NCBI GenBank assembly: GCA_043811375.1
Contig: JBDRNJ010000088.1
Span: 1-24,074 of the forward strand
Source of the DNA: a bacterium
Lineage (GTDB): Bacteria > Zixibacteria > MSB-5A5 > GN15 > FEB-12
Length of the DNA: 24,074 nt
Reading direction: 5' to 3'
Part shown: piece after piece, positions 7,728 to 15,616 of the stretch
Layout: every line of letters starts with the position of its first letter
Numbering within the stretch: position 1 is the first letter of the stretch
Notes under the pieces: generated by a model
Database searches by the model: none
Seen by the model: only the letters and a program-made list of their open reading frames with translations
What the model was told of the DNA's origin: nothing
Program-made: the position numbers and the translations under genes

Positions 7728-9707
7728 TTAGGCCGTCGGCGCTGACTCCGGGACTGATACGGAGGTGCTTGATTGATGCCGTTGCGGCCTTTGCAGCGGG
7801 ATAACGATTGAAAAGACGGCACCCCCATCCTCGCGATAAGCGATATCGCCGCCGTGAATATCGATGATCTTACGGCACGTAATCAATCCGATACCGTTGC
7901 TCTTACGTTTGGTAGTGAAACGCTTGACGAACAGAAGATGTTGCTTGTCCTCGGTCAAACCGGGACCATTGTCACTTACCTCTATCAGCACTGATTTTCG
8001 CGAGTCATTGTCGGTGAGGGCGGTACCGACCCGAATCGTCTTGTGACCCTCTTGATCCTGCACCGCCTCGGAGGCGTTGTACAGCAGGTTGACCAGGACT
8101 TGCTGAATCTGGGCGGCATCGACAGCCGCCAGCGAGAGATCAGATGACAGCTTTGTGATCACTTCGATGTTATCGAACTTGTTCTGGGGTTTGAGGAAGG
8201 CCAGAGTGTTTTGTACCAGTTGGTTTATATCTGTCGGTGAAAATACGGCATCGTCAGGATCGGCATCCATCAGACCATCGGTGAAACGGGCAATCCGATC
8301 AACGGTCTGTTTTATTACTTCAACCCGGCGCCGGAACTTCTCTTCATCATGCTTTTCCCAATGCAGCGGCAGCAGTTCGGTGTTGCCCGACAGCACCGCC
8401 AGGTAGTTGTTGATCTCATGAGCAATCTGACCGGCCATCTTTCCCCGCGTGTAGTAGCGATCGAGCCGGATCATCATCTCCTGGAAGCTCTTGCTTTCAG
8501 AAATGTCGCGGATGTGATACAGGTAGGCGGTAACGATTCTGTCATCAGTAAGGATCGGAGTAGCCACCAGGAAGGCCGGGAACACCGACCCGTCGCAACG
8601 TCGGCAGAGGATCTCGCAGGCGGCATTGCTGGTCGACAGTGGTCGGGTCGCCAGACGGTTGTGATCAACGTTGGTTATCAGTTCATCCACGTTCATACCC
8701 AGGGCATCCTGGCTGTCGTAACCGAAAGCCTCGACCGCCTGACGATTGAAGGTCATAATCCGACCGCCGGGATCAGCCGTCATCACGCTTGTCGGAGAAC
8801 TGTCGATAAGGGCGGCCAGAAAAAGCTGGGCCTGCAGGAAACTGTGGTTGGCCCGCGACAGCAGGTAATTCGATTCCTTCAACTTCCGGTGATTCTGCCA
8901 CAAAGCCTCGGACATACTATTGAAAGCCGTGATCAGTTTCTTCAGTTCAGCGTCGCCTTCGGTCTCCAACAGGATAAACCGTTCACCCTGAGCAGTCTGC
9001 TGCAACCCGTGAATCAATCGGTCCAGCGGACCCTGGAACCGGCGTGAGATCAAATAGACCGTCAGCAGCGAAACCAGAACCGAGCACAGAAATAACACCA
9101 ACAGTGCATATTTTAGATGCGGCCTGCTGGATATGACCAGGTTGTGCTCGGACAAGATTGCCAGGACAGCCGTGGGGTCGGCACTATCCGCCAGTGAATA
9201 GTAGTTGAGCACATACCGCGAACCGCTCATTGAGGTGATCGGAAGAGTCTCCGGGTGGCTCAGCCCCATCATGATAATCTTTTGATCTACCAGACGTGAC
9301 AAAGAATGTCCCGAGGCTTCAGATTGTTCCGCCGGTGCCGACTGCCCGAATGAGTAGACAGGTACGAGTCCCTGTTCACCGACCGGCAGGTAGATATCCG
9401 CGCCGACAATTGATTCTTCACCCTGAAACAGGGATGACAGTGACCGACGAGCCTTTTCGTCGATTATCCAGTCTCTTTCCCCGGACATCCCGACCCCCAT
9501 AATGGCCATCGTCTTTTCCGCAACCCGTTGCAGTTCCGGCCGCAGTTGTACCGATGAGGAGTCCGGATTTTCCTGGCCGGGGAAGAAAACCAGGAGAGCT
9601 ACCGCTGCAAACACAAAGAACACCTGAACTATGATGATGTTGCCCAGCCTAGTAAAAAAACCGGGGCGAGGCAGGTTCATCGTCGGATATAGAGTCTTCG
9701 ATTTCAT
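7728..9707 (-). CDS. Membrane sensor histidine kinase: HAMP, PAS, HisKA, HATPase
   Basis: Two TM segments. HAMP (PLDRL...ELKKLITAFNSM), PAS (DSSPTSVMTADPGGRIMTFNRQA), H-box IAHEINNYL, NLLYNA, DNGPGL, FTTK...GIGL. Start could be 9680. Confidence 0.93.
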   Translation of the reverse strand: MKSKTLYPTMNLPRPGFFTRLGNIIIVQVFFVFAAVALLVFFPGQENPDSSSVQLRPELQRVAEKTMAIMGVGMSGERDWIIDEKARRSLSSLFQGEESIVGADIYLPVGEQGLVPVYSFGQSAPAEQSEASGHSLSRLVDQKIIMMGLSHPETLPITSMSGSRYVLNYYSLADSADPTAVLAILSEHNLVISSRPHLKYALLVLFLCSVLVSLLTVYLISRRFQGPLDRLIHGLQQTAQGERFILLETEGDAELKKLITAFNSMSEALWQNHRKLKESNYLLSRANHSFLQAQLFLAALIDSSPTSVMTADPGGRIMTFNRQAVEAFGYDSQDALGMNVDELITNVDHNRLATRPLSTSNAACEILCRRCDGSVFPAFLVATPILTDDRIVTAYLYHIRDISESKSFQEMMIRLDRYYTRGKMAGQIAHEINNYLAVLSGNTELLPLHWEKHDEEKFRRRVEVIKQTVDRIARFTDGLMDADPDDAVFSPTDINQLVQNTLAFLKPQNKFDNIEVITKLSSDLSLAAVDAAQIQQVLVNLLYNASEAVQDQEGHKTIRVGTALTDNDSRKSVLIEVSDNGPGLTEDKQHLLFVKRFTTKRKSNGIGLITCRKIIDIHGGDIAYREDGGAVFSIVIPLQRPQRHQSSTSVSVPESAPTA

Positions 9708-9779
9708 AACAATATTGCGTGTATCGACAGAGATCGGGGTTGTCTGAATCGATGACGAATATCAGGGGATAAAAGAACA

Positions 9780-9851
9780 CCGGGAGTAGCGGAGGGGGGT
9801 ACCTGACTCTAACGTCAGGCGGCCAGTAATCCGGCGCAGCGCCACTCCCGG
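9780..9851 (-). ncRNA. Candidate structured cis-regulatory leader RNA (three-way junction)
   Basis: 12-bp closing stem ccgggagtggcg/cgctactcccgg encloses hairpins gccgg-atta-ctggc and cctgac-gttaga-gtcagg. Both non-canonical pairs are G-U only on the minus strand. Followed by tgttctttt. Confidence 0.45.
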
Positions 9852-9886
9852 ATTATTGATTACAAACAAAATGCAATAAACGTCAA

Positions 9887-9903
9887 AGCAAACTGTATGC
9901 CCG
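9887..9903 (-). promoter_or_regulatory. sigma54 (-24/-12)-like promoter for the kinase pair
   Basis: CGGGCATACAGTTTGCT has GG-N10-GC with TTGC, close to the consensus YTGGCAC-N5-TTGCW. Confidence 0.5.
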
Positions 9904-10178
9904 TACCTCTATATCCGGCCTAATTACTGAAACCGACACAAGATACAGAACCACAGAGGAGAGGCAGATTCTCACACCAATACACTTACTGATCCTGACG
10001 GCGACGGAAACCGACGACGTAAGGAATACGCAAACGACTGCAGAACCTGCTCCCGGGCTTTTTACCAGAGACCATCTCTGGTGGTTCCCCTCCGGGCACC
10101 ATTTTTTCGGGTCAGTCAGCCCAACCGAGAAGAGTTGTCAATGACCTGACATGAGCAGGTCACACCGAATGAGTGCCA

Positions 10179-11132
10179 TCAGGTATTACGGGGCCGCCGG
10201 TCCTGGAGTTCCTCTATATGTTTCTCCGCCGCCACCGCCGCCGTGGTGCCGTCACCGACTGCGTTGGTAATCTGCCGTACCAGTTGCGACCGAACATCAC
10301 CGCAGGCAAAGATGCCCTTGATCGATGTCTCCATCCGTTCGTTGGTCAGAATGTAGCCGCCGGCATCCTTGCGCAGCGCTTCCCGAGTAATATCAGAGTT
10401 GGGATGGAAACCGATAAAGACAAACACGGCGCCAGCGTCCAGGGTTGATTTCTCTCCCGTCTTGACGTTTTTCAGAGTGAGATCGGTTACCTGCCGCTCA
10501 TTGCCGTTGACCGACTCGACCACACTATCCCAGACTACTTCAATTTTAGGATTATCAAAAGCCCGTTGCTGAATGATCTTCTGGGCGCGTAATTTGTCCC
10601 GGCGATGAATGATATATACTTTGGAACCGAACTTGGTCAAAAAGCAGGCCTCTTCAACGGCGGCATCGCCGCCACCCACCACCGCAATCACCTGGTCGCG
10701 GAAAAACGCCCCGTCACAGATGGCACAATACGAAACACCTTTGCCGGTATATTCCTGTTCGCCGGGCACACTCATTTTCACAGGTGAGCCACCGGTCGAT
10801 AGGATAACGGCCCGGGCTCGATAAACGATCCCCGACGCACAATGAACCAGCCGGTCATCCCCGTCAACTGAGACTTCCTTTACTTCTTCCGTATGAACTT
10901 CCAACCCGAATTTCTTAGCGTGTTCGGCCATTTTCATAGCCAGATCAGCCCCGGATATACTCTCAAAACCGGGGTAGTCCTCGATTTCTTCCGTATTGGC
11001 AATCTGTCCTCCGGGAAGATACTTTTCCAGGACGACTGTCTTGCGCAGAGCCCTGGCACCATAAAGACCGGCGGTAAGACCTCCCGGACCGCCGCCGATT
11101 ATAACTATGTCATAAATTTTTTCTTCACCCAT
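10179..11132 (-). CDS. trxB: Thioredoxin reductase
   Basis: IIGGGPGGLTA FAD motif, GVSYCAICDG redox motif, VVGGGDAAVEEA, HRRD, GIFACGDV...QITNAVGDG. Confidence 0.97.
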   Translation of the reverse strand: MGEEKIYDIVIIGGGPGGLTAGLYGARALRKTVVLEKYLPGGQIANTEEIEDYPGFESISGADLAMKMAEHAKKFGLEVHTEEVKEVSVDGDDRLVHCASGIVYRARAVILSTGGSPVKMSVPGEQEYTGKGVSYCAICDGAFFRDQVIAVVGGGDAAVEEACFLTKFGSKVYIIHRRDKLRAQKIIQQRAFDNPKIEVVWDSVVESVNGNERQVTDLTLKNVKTGEKSTLDAGAVFVFIGFHPNSDITREALRKDAGGYILTNERMETSIKGIFACGDVRSQLVRQITNAVGDGTTAAVAAEKHIEELQDRRPRNT

Positions 11133-11210
11133 TCTGGTTTTCCTTATTTTTATCCGCAGGGTACAACAGTTCAGCGGTACCTGTCATTCAACAATAACCA
11201 ACAACAGTTA

Positions 11211-11774
11211 TCACCAGTCAATTCCCCTCTGAGCCAATCTGCCCTTGCGATAAGGATGCTTGACGTCCCGCATCTCCGTAACAAGGTCGGCCTTCTCAAT
11301 CAACCATCCGGGAGCGTCACGCCCCGTGATTACCAGGTGTAGGGCAGGGTTGACGGCTTCAAGAATCGACTCAACCTGACCCCGGCTGACCAAACCCAGT
11401 TTCACTGCCACGTTCAGTTCATCGAGTATAACCAATTGGAATCGGCCGGACTTTATTTTCTCGATCGCCAGACCAACACCCTCGTCTGCGGCTTGTTTGT
11501 GCTGGGCCAACTCTCTGGTGTCATCCATAATACCGACAAAGCCTTCACCGACCATATGCAACTCTACATTGGGCGTCAGCCGTTTCAACCCCTGAAGTTC
11601 CCCGCACTTCCAACTTCCCTTGATGAACTGAATTAGGCAAATATGCCAGTCATAGCCGACCGCCCTGACGCACATACCCAGGGCGGCGGTTGTCTTGCCC
11701 TTACCGTCACCGGTATACACTATCAGCAGACCCGGTTCATCGGCGTTGTTATTGTGGGACTTGCTTTTTTCCAT
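11211..11774 (-). CDS. cobA: ATP:cob(I)alamin adenosyltransferase (CobA/CobO/BtuR family)
   Basis: YTGDGKGKTTAALG P-loop, QFIKG, ILDELN, LVITGR, ADLVTEM..KHPY, GIDW. ATG at 11774 chosen over TTG at 11777. Confidence 0.93.
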   Translation of the reverse strand: MEKSKSHNNNADEPGLLIVYTGDGKGKTTAALGMCVRAVGYDWHICLIQFIKGSWKCGELQGLKRLTPNVELHMVGEGFVGIMDDTRELAQHKQAADEGVGLAIEKIKSGRFQLVILDELNVAVKLGLVSRGQVESILEAVNPALHLVITGRDAPGWLIEKADLVTEMRDVKHPYRKGRLAQRGIDW

Positions 11775-11800
11775 CAAGACTTTCAGTTCCGGTTTTGTAG

Positions 11801-11829
11801 AAGTTAACGACCTGCAATCGGGATGTCAA
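11801..11829 (-). promoter_or_regulatory. sigma70-type promoter for cobA(-trxB)
   Basis: TTGACA-17-TAACTT on the minus strand. Confidence 0.5.
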
Positions 11830-11876
11830 TGTAAGCCTGTGTTGCCGACAGGGGTCTCTCTCCGCAGTGTTTTCCC

Positions 11877-11905
11877 TTGATAATGGCCGCATTGTGGACT
11901 ATGAT
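11877..11905 (+). promoter_or_regulatory. sigma70-type promoter for the SBBP gene
   Basis: TTGATA-17-TATGAT, divergent from the cobA promoter. Confidence 0.55.
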
Positions 11906-11969
11906 GTAGCTATAGGAAAACAGACACACCAGGGCGCGACAGCAGGAACTACATATCTCGGGAGGTCTT

Positions 11970-14444
11970 ATGGTAAGTCTATCACGCATAGCCTTTACGG
12001 GCTTGTTTATCACCCTGATTGCCGTCAGCGCAAGTGTCGCTTCCGGAGACGATCCGGGTATCAACGCACGAGTTTTCAGAAACCTTTCATCAATGCCGTT
12101 GGCTTTCACCGAAAACCAGGGGCAATGGGATGAGAAAGTGCTTTTTCGCGCCAACGCCGGTGGTGCAACCATGTGGTTTACGCATGATGGTGCCTACTAC
12201 CAATTCACCCGGCGTATTCCAGTAGGTCCTGACATATCCGATCATGATGTCGGAACCGCAGTTCCGACCTACGGGACTGACCACGAACCCGACAGTATCG
12301 AAACCATAATGATCAAGGCCAACTTCGTTGGTTCTAATCCCAATCCCCGCATGGTTGGTGATGGCATACTGGACTACAAGTGCAACTACTTCCTCGGCAA
12401 TGACCCGGCCCAGTGGCGCACTAATGTCCCCAATTACAGCGCCATCGTCTATGAAGATATCTACTCCGGCATTGATCTGAAGTACTACGGTAATGGTAAA
12501 CAGATGGAGTATGACTTTATCGTCTCCCCCGGTGCTGATCCCGACCAAATTATGGTACGCTACGAGGGGGCGAAGTCGCTCTCAGTAGATGCGGCCGGCC
12601 GCCTGGTGGTCGAGACCGATTGGGGCAAAGTGGTCGAGCAACGACCTGTAATTTATCAGATAGAGAATGACTCCCGTGTTGCTATTGCAGGGGCATACAT
12701 TCTAAAAGGCGCAAGCGCCTTCGGGTTTGAGCTGGGTAACGGATACGACCACAACCTTGCCGTTGTTATCGACCCGGTTCTTGAGTACAGCACCTATCTG
12801 GGTGGGAATGTTGGCGACATTGGCTATGGCATTGCGGTGGATGCTTCCGGGGCGGCGTACGTGACAGGATATACATCTTCCACCGATTTCCCAACCGAGA
12901 ACCCGTACCAGACAGATCAGGGTGATTATGATGTTTTTGTCACCAAGCTGAGCAGCTCCGGCAACAACCTGGTCTATAGCACTTATCTGGGGGGGAGCAT
13001 CGACGAACGTGGCTATGGCATCGCAGTGGATGCATCCGGAGCGGTCTATGTGACGGGACGAACATCGTCCACTGATTTCCCGACTGAAAACCAATACCAG
13101 ACAGATCAGGGTAGCGACGATGTTTTTGTCACCAAGCTCAGTAGTTCCGGCAGCAGCTTAGTCTACAGCACCTATCTGGGGGGAAACGACACAGAAAATG
13201 GCGATGACATCGCGGTGGATGCATCGGGGGCAGCGTATGTGACGGGACGTACATATTCCACTGATTTCCCGACGCTCAATCCGTACCAGGGAACACTTCA
13301 GGGTGGCTATAATGCTTTTGTCACCAAGCTGAGCAGCTCCGGCAGCAGCCTGGTCTACAGCACCTATCTGGGAGGAAACACCGCCGACGATGGCGGTGGC
13401 ATCGCGGTGGATACATCCGGGGCGGCGTATGTGACGGGCTGGACAGAGTCCACTGATTTCCCGATTCTCAATCCGTACCAGACAAATCTGCTGAGTAGCA
13501 GAGATGCTTTTGTCACCAAGCTGAGCAATTCCGGCAGCAGCTTAGTCTACAGCACTTATCTGGGGGGAAACGACACAGATAATGGCGATGACATCGCGGT
13601 GGATGCATCGGGGGCAGCGTATGTGACGGGGTTTACGTATTCCACCGATTTCCCGACTGTAAACCCGTACCAGACAGATCAGGGGGGTTCTGATGTTTTT
13701 GTTACAAAACTAAACAGTTCCGGCAATGATTTGGTCTACAGCACTTATCTGGGGGGAAGCAACAGTCTGGGGGGAAGCAACAGCGACTGGGGCAATGGCA
13801 TCGCAGTGGATGCCTCCGGTGCGGCCTATGTCACGGGTCTGACAAAAACCCCCAACTTCCCGACTGAAAATCCCTACCAGACAGATCAGGGAGGTATTGA
13901 TGCTTTTGTCACCAAGCTGAGCAGCTCCGGCAGCAGCCTGGTCTACAGCACCTACCTGGGGGGGAGCATCGACGAACGTGGCTATGGCATCGCAGTGGAT
14001 GCATCCGGGGCAGCGTATGTGACGGGTGAAACAGAGTCCACCGATTTCCCAACCACGCCCGATGCCTACGACACCAGCTACAGCGGTAGCTGGGATGATG
14101 CCTTTGTGACCAAGATAGCGGATGACGGAACCACCGTGGATGAGATTAAAAGTCCGACGTTACCCGACGGTTTTGAACTGAGCCATAATTACCCCAACCC
14201 GTTCAATTTGCAGACGCAATTCGAGTTCTCACTTCCTCATACTTCGCATGGTAGAATCGAAATCCTCAACATACTCGGCCAGCACGTGACAACTCTCGCT
14301 GACAGGAGATTCCCAGCAGGTAGCTTCCGAGTTACCTGGGATGGACGAAACGCTGCCGGTCAGGAAGTATCATCCGGTGTGTATCTGTATCGATTGAGTA
14401 CTGATGAATACACTCAATCGCGGAAAATGATACTTTTGAAATAG
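11970..14444 (+). CDS. Secreted SBBP beta-propeller protein with a C-terminal FlgD-Ig/T9SS-sorting-type domain
   Basis: RBS GGAGG and signal peptide. FTENQGQW...EYDFIV.PGADP N-terminal domain. Seven YSTYLGG...IAVD.SGA.YVTG.T...FP...FVTK repeats. C-terminal NYPNPFN...NILGQ.V...WDG.N..G..VSSGVYLYRL...RKMILLK. Confidence 0.93.
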   Translation: MVSLSRIAFTGLFITLIAVSASVASGDDPGINARVFRNLSSMPLAFTENQGQWDEKVLFRANAGGATMWFTHDGAYYQFTRRIPVGPDISDHDVGTAVPTYGTDHEPDSIETIMIKANFVGSNPNPRMVGDGILDYKCNYFLGNDPAQWRTNVPNYSAIVYEDIYSGIDLKYYGNGKQMEYDFIVSPGADPDQIMVRYEGAKSLSVDAAGRLVVETDWGKVVEQRPVIYQIENDSRVAIAGAYILKGASAFGFELGNGYDHNLAVVIDPVLEYSTYLGGNVGDIGYGIAVDASGAAYVTGYTSSTDFPTENPYQTDQGDYDVFVTKLSSSGNNLVYSTYLGGSIDERGYGIAVDASGAVYVTGRTSSTDFPTENQYQTDQGSDDVFVTKLSSSGSSLVYSTYLGGNDTENGDDIAVDASGAAYVTGRTYSTDFPTLNPYQGTLQGGYNAFVTKLSSSGSSLVYSTYLGGNTADDGGGIAVDTSGAAYVTGWTESTDFPILNPYQTNLLSSRDAFVTKLSNSGSSLVYSTYLGGNDTDNGDDIAVDASGAAYVTGFTYSTDFPTVNPYQTDQGGSDVFVTKLNSSGNDLVYSTYLGGSNSLGGSNSDWGNGIAVDASGAAYVTGLTKTPNFPTENPYQTDQGGIDAFVTKLSSSGSSLVYSTYLGGSIDERGYGIAVDASGAAYVTGETESTDFPTTPDAYDTSYSGSWDDAFVTKIADDGTTVDEIKSPTLPDGFELSHNYPNPFNLQTQFEFSLPHTSHGRIEILNILGQHVTTLADRRFPAGSFRVTWDGRNAAGQEVSSGVYLYRLSTDEYTQSRKMILLK
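12222..12272. repeat. REP-like palindrome embedded in-frame in the SBBP gene
   Basis: gtaggtc...gacctac ends, 51 nt. The reverse complement begins gtaggtcggaac-tgcg-gttccgaca, matching 5359-5386. Confidence 0.7.
13749..13784 (+). repeat. 18-bp in-frame tandem duplication (LGGSNS x2)
   Basis: ctggggggaagcaacagt followed by ctggggggaagcaacagc. Confidence 0.9.
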
Positions 14445-14512
14445 TCGGTGACCTGACGCATCTTGTAGCCTATTTATTCCAGGGCGGTCCTGACCCGGCG
14501 GCGTGTCCGTAG
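14444..14512 (+). pseudogene. Orphan dockerin 3' end (VGDLTHLVAYLFQGGPDPAACP*)
   Basis: Hand translation from 14444 matches VGDLTYLVAYLFQGGPPPPGC* of the dockerin at 2677-3258. It has its own TAG at 14510-14512 and no start. Too short for the ORF track. Confidence 0.88.
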
Positions 14513-14535
14513 CCGGCACATTCTGGTTAATCTTG

Positions 14536-14912
14536 AATAACATACGAGGCTCTTCAATCCGAGGAGCCTCGCGTTATTTCGTGGGCGGCAGATGTCCCGA
14601 GGTTGTCCCACAAGGTGGTTCCGACAGGTCTTGCCGACGACGAAGTCGGAGGTGTGACCTGGCGGTAACTCTGGAAGTGCTGAATAGACAATAGAATCGC
14701 TAAACTGTCAGTTCACACGTTTGGTAAGCCAAACGCAAGAACTGACAGAACAATGAACTTTTGAGACAGCCTCTCCCCATCTGCCCCATTATTGATTGAC
14801 GCGGCGCACGAGGACGTACGCCGCGCACAGATCCAGCATTGTAGGGCGGGTCCGTCTTCGAAACCGCCAGTCTTGTAGATACAAGGGCAGGTCTCATTTA
14901 AAGAGACCTGCC
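14536..14912. repeat. Cluster of at least six REP-like palindromes
   Basis: cgaggctc/gagcctcg (within 14536-14578); caggtc/gacctg (14625-14661); ctgtcagttc/gaactgacag (14705-14748); gcggcg/cgccgc (14801-14824); gtagggcgg/ccgcc (14841-14868); ggcaggtctc/gagacctgcc (14886-14912). Confidence 0.7.
14755..14773 (-). mobile_element. Possible solitary IS/MITE terminal inverted repeat
   Basis: Reverse complement GAGGCTGTCTCAAAAGTTC resembles IS1182/IS5-like ends as I recall them. No partner end or transposase in the window. Confidence 0.3.
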
Positions 14913-15001
14913 ATCTTCTTCTGTCAATGGAAGCCACTTATGGTCGGCAAATCATAATCCGGCAGACCCCGGGTTAACCGTAACCTCAGTGCCGATTTCG
15001 T

Positions 15002-15030
15002 TTGACTGCTTCGTCATTTTTCCGTATCGT
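15002..15030 (+). promoter_or_regulatory. Possible sigma70 promoter for the Rrf2 gene
   Basis: TTGACT-17-TATCGT. Confidence 0.45.
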
Positions 15031-15090
15031 GGGGACAGTTCGGGTTATGGCCGGTCCGATGGTAGTAGGGCCGGGAAAAGGAAAAATCTG

Positions 15091-15528
15091 ATGCAATTCA
15101 CGAAAGCCGAGGAATACGGGTTACAGGGAGTTATGTATCTGGCAGAGAAGGATCATCAGAGTGTGACGCCGCTTTCGGAAATCGCCCGAGCCAATGACAT
15201 TCCCGAAAAGTTCCTGGCCAAGATCTTTCAGTCACTGACACGGGCCGGTATTGTACGCTCCCACCGAGGTATACGCGGCGGCTTCACGATGGGCAAAAAT
15301 CCGGAAGGTGTTACAGTTAAAGAACTGCTGGAGGCTATTCAGGGGCCCTACCACCTGATGAAATGCATCCCCGATATCAGCCAGTGCGGTAAATACCCCT
15401 TCTGTGCCCTGCGGGAACTCCTGATAATAGCAGAACAACGACTGGTGTCAACATTCGAAGAATATACTATCGCCGATCTCGGTACCTGGCAGAGTGAACA
15501 GAAAAGTCAGACCGGGGCTACCTCCTGA
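15091..15528 (+). CDS. Rrf2-family transcriptional regulator with a three-Cys Fe-S motif; start re-called at 15091
   Basis: MQFTKAEEYGL start after AAGGA. wHTH IPEKFLAKIFQSL...IVRSHRG.RGGF. C-x6-C-x5-C (KCIPDISQCGKYPFC). Confidence 0.92.
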   Translation: MQFTKAEEYGLQGVMYLAEKDHQSVTPLSEIARANDIPEKFLAKIFQSLTRAGIVRSHRGIRGGFTMGKNPEGVTVKELLEAIQGPYHLMKCIPDISQCGKYPFCALRELLIIAEQRLVSTFEEYTIADLGTWQSEQKSQTGATS

Positions 15529-15551
15529 CCGCAGCTTAATCAAGATTCCGG

Positions 15552-15580
15552 TTTACAACCGGCCGCCGGGATATTATCTT
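15552..15580 (+). promoter_or_regulatory. Possible sigma70 promoter for dcd
   Basis: TTTACA-17-TATCTT. Confidence 0.4.
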
Positions 15581-15616
15581 ACAAGACTATTTTTTTGGGA
15601 AGGATGCGTTGCAGTA

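Noticed and set aside
9780..9851. tRNA gene (72 nt, CGGGAGTRGCG start)
   Set aside because: No TTCRA T-loop, only two internal arms, a 12-bp closing stem and no CCA.
11775..11970. Cobalamin riboswitch upstream of cobA
   Set aside because: No B12-box or GGGAA...GCCACTG core is seen, and the predicted promoter leaves only a very short leader.
14425..14512. Programmed -1 frameshift fusing the CTD to the dockerin tail
   Set aside because: No X-XXY-YYZ slippery heptamer before the stop, and the product would carry only a partial repeat lacking most of its Ca-binding loop. A relic is the simpler reading.
14513..14915. CRISPR array or integron attC array
   Set aside because: The hairpins differ in sequence and spacing, with no constant repeat-spacer period, no cassette ORFs and no cas or intI genes.
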